The translations under genes and the position numbers were made by a program. A stretch of 64,000 nt of DNA, taken from positions 28,325 to 92,324 of the forward strand of contig CAWHBZ010000010.1 of the NCBI GenBank assembly GCA_963827645.1, read 5' to 3'. This document shows, piece after piece, positions 10,454-19,079 of the stretch. The notes beneath the pieces are model-generated. The model did no database searches. It was not told where the DNA came from and was given only the letters and a program-made list of their open reading frames with translations. The stretch's first letter is position 1. Each line of letters opens with the position of its first letter. Source of the DNA: an uncultured beta proteobacterium (GTDB lineage Bacteria; Pseudomonadota; Gammaproteobacteria; Burkholderiales; Burkholderiaceae_C).

Positions 10454-11998
10454 ATGACCAACGCCAACGTCTTCGCCGCGCTGCGCGCCGCGTTCCCGGC
10501 CGACCTCGATGCGGTGGCGATCGAAACCGCCGACGGGCCCGGCGCGCCGCTGTTCTACACCTGGCGCGACCTCGAGCGCGGCAGCGCGATGCTGGCCAAC
10601 GTGTTCGCTTCGCTGGCGTTGCCGGCCGGGGCGCGAGTCGCGGTGCAGGTCGACAAGAGTGTCGAGGCGCTTGATGCTGTACCTGGCGGTGCAGCGCGCG
10701 GGGCTGGTGTACCTGCCGCTGAACAACGCCTACCAGCAGGCCGAGATCGAATACTTCATCGGCGATGCCGAGCCGGCGGTGGTGGTGTGCGCGCCGAAGG
10801 ACTTCACCTGGATCTCGCGACTCGCATTCCGGCGCGGCACGAAGAACGTGTTCACGCTCGGTGACGACCGCACCGGCAGCCTGCTCGAGCGCGCCGCGTG
10901 GATGAGCGACGCGCACACGCCGGCGATGAGCAACGCCGACGATCTGGCGGCGATCCTCTACACCAGCGGCACCACCGGGCGCAGCAAGGGCGCGATGCTG
11001 ACGCACGGCAACCTGGTGTCCAACGCGCGCGTGCTGAAAGACTACTGGGGTTGGCAGGCCGGCGACGTGCTGATCCACGCGCTGCCGATCTTCCACGTGC
11101 ACGGCCTGTTCGTCGCCTCGCATGGCGCGCTGCTCAACGGCAGCAGGATGGTCTGGTTCTCGCGCTTCGACCCCAAGGCCACGGTCGCGCGCTTTGCCGA
11201 GGCCACCGTGTTCATGGGCGTGCCGACGCTGTACACGCGCCTGCTGGCCGAGCCCGCCCTCACGCGCGAGGCCTGCGCGCACATGCGCCTGTTCATCTCG
11301 GGTTCGGCGCCGCTGCAGGTGGAGACCTTCGACGCCTGGCGTGAGCGCACCGGCCACACCCTTCTCGAGCGCTACGGCATGAGCGAGACCGTGATGCTGA
11401 CCAGCAACCCGTATCGCGAGCAGCGATGGCGAACGCCGCCGCGGCACGGTGGGCTTCCCGTTGCCCGGCGTGCAGGTGCGCGTGCGCGACGACGCCGGCG
11501 CAGCCGTGCCCGGCCGGCGAGATCGGCGGCATCGAGGTCAAGGGACCCAACGTCTTCGCCGGCTACTGGCGCATGCCGGAGAAGACCCAGGAAGAGTTCA
11601 CCGCCGACGGCTGGTTCAAGACCGGCGACGTCGGCAAGATCGACGCCCTCGGCTACGTCACGATCGTGGGCCGCAGCAAGGACCTGGTGATCACCGGCGG
11701 CTACAACGTCTACCCCGCCGAGGTCGAAGGCTTCATCAACGAGCTGCCCGGCGTCGCGGAGTCGGCGGTGGTGGGCCTGCCGCATCCCGACTTCGGCGAA
11801 GGCGTGGTCGCGATGGTGGTGCCCAAGCCGGGCAGCGAGCTCGACGGCGCGGCGATCGTCGACGCGCTGAAGGGCCGCATCGCCAATTTCAAGGTGCCCA
11901 AGCAGGTGTTCGTCGTCGGCGAGCTGCCGCGCAACACGATGGGCAAGGTGCAGAAGAACCTGCTGCGCCAGCAGCACCAGGGTTTGTTTGGCGGCTGA
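10454..11998 (+). CDS. matB: malonyl-CoA synthetase MatB, frameshifted
   Basis: Near-colinear with rhizobial MatB: MTNANVFAALRAAFP.., AVQVDKSVEAL, AILYTSGTTGRSKGAMLTHGNLVSNA, IHALPIFHVHGLFVA, LFISGSAPLQVETF, IEVKGPNVFAGYWRMPEKTQEEFTADGWFKTGDVG, and ..PRNTMGKVQKNLLRQQHQGLFGG* ending at 11998. Confidence 0.9.
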
Positions 11999-12161
11999 CC
12001 CCGGCACCAGCGCCGCGGCGACGCGTGCGGCGCCGGATGACGCACGCTGCCCGCGCTGCGGCGGCGGCTTCCACTGCGGCCGCGACGATGCGGCGCCGTG
12101 CGCGTGCACCACGCTGCGCCTGAGCCCGGCCACGTTGCGCGACCTGCGCGCTCGTTACTGA
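11988..12161 (+). CDS. small Cys-rich ORF (~57 aa; putative TTG start overlapping the matB stop)
   Basis: In-frame translation ..AADPGTSAAATRAAPDDARCPRCGGGFHCGRDDAAPCACTTLRLSPATLRDLRARY*, stop TGA at 12159..12161. C-x2-C ... C-x-C cysteine spacing. Looks like the cysteine-rich CWC small-protein family. Confidence 0.35.
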   Translation: MAADPGTSAAATRAAPDDARCPRCGGGFHCGRDDAAPCACTTLRLSPATLRDLRARY

Positions 12162-12271
12162 GGGCTGCCTGTGCATGCGGTGCCTGCACGTGCTGGCAGC
12201 CACCGATCCCGCGGGCGCCTGACGCGGCGCCGCAGCCGGCGCGCCCAAGCCGTCGTCGCAGCGCCGGCGCA

Positions 12272-12832
12272 TCACTGCCAGCGCAGCGCCTCGACGTGCA
12301 CGCTGCCCTTGGCGCTGCTCAACGTGAGCGCGCCGTCCTGCACGGTGGCTTGCAGCTGCATGCTGCGTTCGGCCAGTTCGGCCAGCGCCGGCGCGGCCTC
12401 GGCGGGCAGACACCAGACCTGCAGCCTGTCCAGCCGCGCCACCTTGTTGGTGATGCCGCGCCACCAGACGTCGGCGGCGGCGTTGAACGCGAGCACCACC
12501 ACCGCGTCGGCCTGCGCGCTGGCTTTGGTCAGGGCCCGGTCGTCGGGCTGGCCCACCTCGATCCACAGCCGCTTGCGGCCGGTGAAGTCGGTCAGCACCA
12601 CGTCGGGGTCGTCGGGGTCGGACAGGCCGGCGCCGAAGGCCAGCCGGCCGTCGCCGCGGCAGACGTCTTGCAACTGATGCGCGTGCAGCGCCAGCGCGGC
12701 GATGCGCACCATCATGCGTTCGTCGGTCTCGCTCGGGTGGCGTGCCAGCGTCAACGCATGCTCGGCGTAGTAGCCGTGGTCGATGTCGGCGATTTGCAGT
12801 TGCGCCTTGAAGACCGTGGACTTGAGGGCCAT
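12272..12832 (-). CDS. yaeQ: YaeQ family protein
   Basis: MALKSTVFKAQLQIADIDHGYYAEHALTLARHPSETDERMMVRIAALALHA.. is a typical YaeQ N-terminus. Intact. Confidence 0.8.
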   Translation of the reverse strand: MALKSTVFKAQLQIADIDHGYYAEHALTLARHPSETDERMMVRIAALALHAHQLQDVCRGDGRLAFGAGLSDPDDPDVVLTDFTGRKRLWIEVGQPDDRALTKASAQADAVVVLAFNAAADVWWRGITNKVARLDRLQVWCLPAEAAPALAELAERSMQLQATVQDGALTLSSAKGSVHVEALRWQ

Positions 12833-12932
12833 GCGCGATTCTGCACGGGCCGCCGGGGCCATCGACGGCGTGCCGCTGAAAGGCTATCTTTCGACCGTTG
12901 CGTCGAACGAGGGGCCGTCCGGCCGCACCGCC

Positions 12933-13415
12933 ATGATCCGCAAGCTGCATCACAGCGCGTACCGTTGCCGCGACTCCGAACAGACGCGGCACTTCTACGA
13001 AGACTTTCTCGGCCTGCCGCTGGTGCAGACGCTCGAGCTGAGCGAAACCAAGAGCGGGCGGCCGACGCACACGCTGCACACGTTCTACCGACTCGACGAC
13101 GGCTCGCACATCGCGTTCTTCGAGACCAGCGACCTGCCGTTTCAGTTCAAGGAGCAGCACGACTTCGATCTGCACATCGCGCTCGAGGTCGCGCCCGACG
13201 TGCTGCCGGCCATGCTGGCCCGGGGCCGCGCATCGGGCATCGAGACGCGCGGCCCGTCGGACCACGGCATGATCGACTCGATCTACTTTCGCGACCCCAA
13301 CGGCTACGTGATCGAGTTGTGCGCCAAGCGCGACGGTCACGACGCGATGATGGACCCGGCCACCAACGAGGCCCGCGCCCGGCTCGATCGATGGACTCGC
13401 GGCAAGGCCGGCTGA
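12933..13415 (+). CDS. VOC family protein (glyoxalase / extradiol dioxygenase fold)
   Basis: MIRKLHHSAYRCRDSEQTRHFYEDFLGLPLVQT..HIAFFE..HIALEV..SIYFRDPNGYVIEL. Confidence 0.7.
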   Translation: MIRKLHHSAYRCRDSEQTRHFYEDFLGLPLVQTLELSETKSGRPTHTLHTFYRLDDGSHIAFFETSDLPFQFKEQHDFDLHIALEVAPDVLPAMLARGRASGIETRGPSDHGMIDSIYFRDPNGYVIELCAKRDGHDAMMDPATNEARARLDRWTRGKAG

Positions 13416-13429
13416 ACCAGAGGTTGCCC

Positions 13430-14014
13430 ATGCTGAGAGCGTTTCTGGCGTTGCGGGCGGCGTTCAACCTGTTGGCCGGCGTGGCGTTGCTGATCTGGAT
13501 GGCGCGCGAAGGCTCGAGCGGCCTCGCGCGCGGCGGCTGGTACGCGCTGCTCGACGGCGCGTTGACATTGGCGATCGCCGCAGCGCTGCTGCCCGCGCGC
13601 GGCCGTTGGCTGGTGGTGCTGGCGGCGGCCGACGGCGTGCTGCGGCTTTTCGTCGGCGCATTCATCGTGGCCAACCCCGGCTTCGAGCAGATGCCGCTGA
13701 CCACCGCGCTCGTGCTGGTGGTGCTGACCATCGCCTTCATCACGCTGGGTCTCGTCGGCCTGCTCTATGCGTGGCTCGGCCTGCGCCGGCAGGCCGGGGC
13801 AAGCGGCGAGGCGCCGCTGCTGTGGCCGGCGATCGCCCTCAGCCTGTGCACGCTGCTGCTCGGCGTGGGCTTCGCACTGAGCTTCGTCGATCAGCAGTTG
13901 CGTCTGCTGCTGGGCTGGTACGCGATCGCGATCGGCGTCATCCTGGGTGTTGCGGCCTTTCGGCTCGGGCGCGCCACGGTGCGCACGGCTCCGCCGGCCG
14001 GGATCACGGGGTAG
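13430..14014 (+). CDS. DUF308/HdeD-like integral membrane protein
   Basis: 194 aa of hydrophobic helices (LAGVALLIWMA.., LVVLAAADGVLRLFVGAFIV.., LVLVVLTIAFITLGLVGLLYAWLGL). Confidence 0.5.
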   Translation: MLRAFLALRAAFNLLAGVALLIWMAREGSSGLARGGWYALLDGALTLAIAAALLPARGRWLVVLAAADGVLRLFVGAFIVANPGFEQMPLTTALVLVVLTIAFITLGLVGLLYAWLGLRRQAGASGEAPLLWPAIALSLCTLLLGVGFALSFVDQQLRLLLGWYAIAIGVILGVAAFRLGRATVRTAPPAGITG

Positions 14015-14057
14015 CGCGCACGGCGCGCATTCGCATCGCCAGCAACAGCGCCGCCGC

Positions 14058-16797
14058 CTACGGTGCTTTGAAGTCGCCGCCCCACGCGATCGACCAGCGC
14101 GCCGGGTCGGCGTACTTGCGGAACGCCGCGTTCACGTCGGCCAAGGTCAGCCGCTCGATCGCCGCATCGACCCGCTGCGACAGCGCGAACGTGCGCTTCA
14201 GGTGCAGGTTGCCGGCCAGTTGTGCGGCCACTGTGGCGTCCTGCGCGCGCGCGAGGCGGCGCAGCCCGAGCAGGCCGAGCCGGTTCTCGTCGAGCTCGGC
14301 CGGCGTGAAGCCACCGTCGCGGGTGCGCGCGATCTCCTCCTGCACCGCGGTCTCGACCTGCGCGCGGTTGCCCGGCGCGAAGATCGCCGACACCGACCAC
14401 AACGAGTTCGGCGCCTCGTCGTTCCAGTCGATCACCGAGCGCACGTCGTAGCTCAGGCCGCCGCGCTCGCGCACGCGCACCCACAGCCGCGACGCGGTGC
14501 CCTGCCCGAACATGCGGTTGGCCAGCAGCAGCGCCGGGTAGTCCGGGTGGTCGTCGGAGATCGGCAGCTGCAGCGCGGTGCGCAGGTTGGCGTTCTGCAT
14601 GTCCGGCGTCAGCAGCACGAAGCGCTCGGGCTTGGGCGCCAGCAGCGGCTCGGGCACGCGCACGTAGGGTATCGCGCCGCCGGCCGGGGCTCGCCAGCTG
14701 GCGAACGCGGATTCGAGCGCGCGCTTCACCGCCGGCGCGTCGACGTCGCCGACGGCGGCGAACTCCGACACCGCGGCGCTGTAGAAGCGCGCGTGGAAGG
14801 CGCGCAGCCGCTCGACGGTGACGGCGTTGACGTCCTGCACCGCCTCGTCGAACGTGCTCGCGTAGCGCAGGTGGCCGCGCGGGTACGGGTTGCCGTGGCG
14901 CTGCAGCGCGTTGGTGATCACGCCGTCGGGCTCCTTGCGCTGCGTCTCGATGCGCGCCAGCCACTGGCGGCGCGTCTCCTCCAGCGCCGCGGGCGCGAAC
15001 GCCGGCTGTTGCACGAGCCGGCCGACCAGCGTGATCAGTGCCGGCAGGTGCTCGCGCGGGGTGGTCAGCGTGGCCGTCAGCGTCTGCTCGTGCGCGGCGA
15101 ACGACACCTGCGCGCGCAGCCGGTCGAACTCGTCGCTCACCTGCTGGCGCGTGAGGCCGCCGCCGCCCTTGTCGAGCAGGCTGCCGACGAACGCGGCCAC
15201 CGTCTCCTCGCCGAGCAGGCTACTCTCGTCGCCGTAGTGCAGCCGCAACCTCGCCTGCACCACGCGGCCGCGTGTGCCCTTGGGAATCAGGCCCACGCGC
15301 ATGCCGCTGGCCAGCGTGAAGGTCTGCGTGCGCGCGTCGAGGTTGGCCGGCGTGGCGTCGAACGCCTCGGCCTGCGCGGCGGCCGCATCGCCCTTGTAGT
15401 CCTTGACCTGCGCGGCCACGTCGACGCGTGCCGGCGCTGGCGCGCGCTGCGGCTTGTCGGTGGGCAGGTACATGCCGACCGTGCGGTTGTCGCGCACCAG
15501 GCGCTCGTTGGCCACGCGCTGCACGTCGGCCAGCGTGAGCCTGCGCACCTGGTCGCGCTGCAGGAAGTACAGCCGCCAGTCGCCGCGCGCGATCGCGTTG
15601 GAGATCTGCACGCCGATCGTCTCGGGGTCGGTGAAGCCGAGCTCCCAGCCCTTCAGCCACGCCGCGCGCGCGCGCTCGAGCTCCTCGGCGGTGATCGGCT
15701 CGTCGCGCAGGCCGTCGAGCGTGGCCAGCAGCGCGGCGCGCGCCTTGTCGACGTCCTGCCCCGGCGCGAGCTGCAGGCCGAGGAACATCGGCGCCGGCTC
15801 GGCCAGCGACCACGCGAAGCCGAAGCTCGATGCCGCGAGCTGCGGCTCGACCAGCCGCTTGTGCAGCCGGCCGGCCGGCGCGTCGCCGAGGATCGACGCC
15901 AGCAGCTCGGCGGCCGCGAAGTCGGGGTGCGAGCCGGCGCCCATGTGGTGCGCCACGTAGATCATCGGCGAGCCGCCGACGCGGCGCAGCGTGACGCTGC
16001 GCTCGCCGTCCTGCGGCGGGTCGAGCGTGTAGGTGGGCTGCAGCGTGCGCGCAGGCTTGGGGATCGGCCCGAACGCCTCGGCCACCCAGGCCAGCGCGCG
16101 GGCCGGGTCGAAGCGGCCGGCGACGATCAGCGTCGCGTTGTCGGGCTGGTAGTAGGTGCGGTAGAACGCCTGCAGCCGCGCCGATGTCGACGTTCTCGAC
16201 GTCGGCGCGCGCGCCGATCGTGGCCTTGCCGTAGTTGTGCCACCAGTACATCGACGCCATCACCTGCTGCAGCAGCACGCGCGCCGGGTTGTTCTCGCCG
16301 CGCTCCATCTCGTTGCGCACCACCGTCATCTCGGTGTCGAGGTCCTTGCGCGCGATGAACGAGTTGACCATCGCGTCGGCCTGCCAGGCGAGGTACCAGC
16401 GCAGCGTGTCGTCGTTGGCCGAGAAGCTCGCGAAGTAGTTGGTGCGGTCGAACGACGTGGTGCCGTTGGCGCGCAGCCCGCGGCGCGAGAACTCGCCCCA
16501 CACCTCGGGGTGCTTGGGCGTGCCCTTGAACAGCAGGTGCTCCAGCAGGTGCGCCATGCCCGACTCGCCGTAGTTCTCCATGCGCGAGCCGACGTGGTAG
16601 GTGACGTTGACCGTGGTGGTGGGCTTGGAGTCGTCGGGCACCAGCAGCACCTGCAGGCCGTTGGCCAGCCGGTACTCGTGGATGCCTTCGACGCTGGCGC
16701 CGCGGGTGATGCCGCTGGGCAGTGCGGGCGGCGTCTGGGCGAGGGTGGCGCTGCAGACCAGCGCGAGGAAAAGAGACAACAGCGGGCGGTGCGGCAT
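14058..16797 (-). CDS. M16-family zinc metallopeptidase (pitrilysin/insulinase-like, ~910 aa), frameshifted near 16100
   Basis: Signal peptide MPHRPLLSLFLALVCSATLAQT. HxxEH motif in GMAHLLEHLLFKGT. ..VVRNEMERGENNP.. The C-terminal inactive M16 repeats occupy the 675-aa ORF 14058..16085. Confidence 0.8.
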
Positions 16798-16953
16798 GGC
16801 GGGCTCGGGGGCGGGGTGCGGCGCAGTGTAGGCCGGGTGTTCGAGGATCGCATTCAGCATCACGTGTACCCAAGTTGTGTCGAAACCAGGACACCCTGGC
16901 GCGATGGCTCGGGGCGTTCGTCCCCCAAGCACTTGGGGGCACCTTTGGAAGAC

Positions 16954-16973
16954 CGGTAGGAGATCGGTAGGAC
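16954..16973 (+). promoter_or_regulatory. tandem heptamer direct repeat CGGTAGGagatCGGTAGGac (11-bp periodicity), SARP/OmpR-type site 1
   Basis: Seen at 16954..16973, in the divergent intergenic region between the M16 peptidase and the secreted hydrolase gene. Near-identical to 21232..21251. Confidence 0.5.
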
Positions 16974-17139
16974 GGTGCTGTCTACGCTGTGGATGCCGGG
17001 TCGATGACCCGAGTTCAACCACGGAGCACCGCCATGTCCACTCAGTTTCACGCAACGCCACCACTGCGAGCATCGCGCGTCTTGGCGCAACGCCGCAATC
17101 TGCCATCGCGATCGCAGCCCGCTTGCCCGGCTGCCGGCG

Positions 17140-18948
17140 GGCCTTGCACCGATGGCTAGCCGCCGCCTTCTGCATCGCCGCGCCCGTGATGGCGCAGGCG
17201 GCAGGCGGCGTGACCACCGACCCGGTCACGCTGACCCGCACCTACCACGGCTCCGACGGCAGCGCGTTCACGACCCGCGAAGTGGGCAACACCATCGTCG
17301 GTTTCAGCGAAGACCTCAGCGGCCAGCGTGCCTTCGTCTTCAACGGCACGCGCTCGGGCTTCACGATCAGCGGCACCGATTACGCCGTTCCCGCCGGCGC
17401 CAACACGGCCACAGGGCCGCTGGTGCTGACCTACGCCAACGGCGGCTCCACGCTCACGCGCACCGGCGGCGACGATATCGGCGCGCCGTTCTGGCTCGCC
17501 AAGCTGCCGAGCGCGTTCAGCTACCCCAAGGAGCGTGCGGCGCGCTTCCAGTCCATATCGGGCCAGGACCTCGACGGTGTGTTCAAGGGCAGCGACGGCA
17601 GCCGGGCTTACGTGCGGCAGTACGGCTCGCAGGTGGTCTACGTCGCCGAGCGTTTTGCCGACGCCGACGCGACGCGCCCGACCCACTGGACGCTGGTGAT
17701 CGCGCAGCGTGACGGCGCCGGCTTGCTCAACGGCCTGTACTACGACCTGCCCAAGCAGACGGCCCCGCTGCGCGCCGGCAGGATGGGCGGGCAGGCCTAC
17801 AGTAAGCCACGCCAGTTCAGCCAGCGTACTGCTATGGGGCGCCAACACTGCGGTGACGGCGTTCAGCGCCGACTACGCGGTGGACTTCGACCGCTTCGCT
17901 CAGGAAATCCACGACCGGCTCGAACCCTTCGTCGTCGGCTTCAGCTATGCCATCGCGCGCAACGGGCGAGCTGGTGCGCTCGGGCGCCGGCGGCGATCGC
18001 CGCGCGGTGACGGCGACCAACGGGCTGGACGCACCAGTGCCCTACACGGCTTACACCGTCATCGAGACGGCCAGCACCAGCAAGACCGTCACGCTGGTGG
18101 CGGTGCTCAAGGCGCTGCGCCAGCGTGGCATTTCGGTCGATTCGCCGGTTTCGCCGTACCTGCCGGCCAACTGGTCGCGCGGCGCCGGGATGAACACGGT
18201 CACCTTTCGGCAGTTGCTGTCGCACGGGATGAAGCCGGCCGCCGGCAATGGCATGTTCAAGCCCGACGACTGCGACCCCGACTTCTATGGCTGCCTGCGC
18301 GACGCGGTGGCTGTCGGCATGACGCAGCCAGCCGGCTACGACAACATCCACTACGCGGTCTTCCGCGTGATCCTGCCGTTCGTGCTCGACCCGCCGGGGC
18401 GTGGGCGCAACTGTTCGCGACCGAGAGCCGCGAGACGGTGCTCAACGAGTGCTTCAGCGCGGTGTTCCAGGACGCGATGCGCAGCCTGCTGCGCGCAGGC
18501 CGGGGTGACGGCGGACTTCGCCTACCCGTCGGGATCGAACACCGCCTACCGCTACATCTGGGGCACGCCGCCCACCAACGAGCGCGCGCCCACCGGCAGC
18601 GAAGACGATTACCTGCGCGCCGGACCGGGCGGGCTGAAGATGAGCTCGCGCGAGTCCGCGCAGTTCCTCAGCCGGGCTGAAAAAGGCGAGCTGCTGTCCA
18701 CGGCCGACCTGGCCACCGCCAAGGCCATCGGCTTCGGTGAAGACAGGGCACCGAAGAACGGACCTTCCGGCGTCGGGCCGCACCGGTGCAAGAACGGCGG
18801 TGCCGGCGGCGCGGCCACGCAGGCCATGGTCTTCCCGGGCGTGGAGGTCTTCATTTCGCACAATTCGACGGGCAACGCGGCGCAGACCAGCAACGAGACA
18901 ATGTTGATCCAGGCCTGGCAAGCCGCGCTGGTCAACGCGGGGGACTGA
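17140..18948 (+). CDS. secreted serine hydrolase, beta-lactamase family domain with ~280-aa N-terminal unknown domain, frameshifted, start uncertain
   Basis: Signal-like LAAAFCIAAPVMAQA. The N-terminal domain has no family I recognise. SxxK motif in ..TVIETASTSKTVTLVAVLKALRQRGISVDSPVSPYLP.., C-terminus ..TMLIQAWQAALVNAGD*. Confidence 0.55.
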
Positions 18949-19079
18949 GGTTGGCGCTGCACTGCGCCGAGCAATGCAAGCCAGGGCAGCAATCCTCAGC
19001 TGGGCCCATCAGCTCGATACAGACCGCGCCGGGCCAGGGGATGTGTTGACAATCGTGGGCCAGTTCTCACACTGCCGGA

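Noticed and set aside
12162-12271. An intrinsic terminator between convergent matB/small ORF and yaeQ.
   Set aside because: Only short imperfect GC stems (GGCTGCC..GGCAGCC around a long loop) and no U-tract. Not convincing.
14017-14031. GCGCGCacgGCGCGC hairpin between the convergent DUF308 and M16 peptidase genes as a bidirectional terminator.
   Set aside because: The 6-bp self-complementary GC stem is common by chance in this composition and there is no T-run. Left as unconfirmed.
16877-17140. The 5' extension of ORF 16877..18010 (MSKPGHPGAMARG...) as the start of the secreted hydrolase.
   Set aside because: The extension is Arg/Gly-rich and non-protein-like. It crosses the divergent intergenic region containing the heptamer repeat box. 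A signal-peptide-like segment appears only near 17140.
19046-19075. A sigma-70-like TTGACA (19046..19051) as the -35 of the regulator promoter.
   Set aside because: No acceptable -10 hexamer at 16 to 18 bp spacing (only CACACT/ACACTG). Too weak to call.
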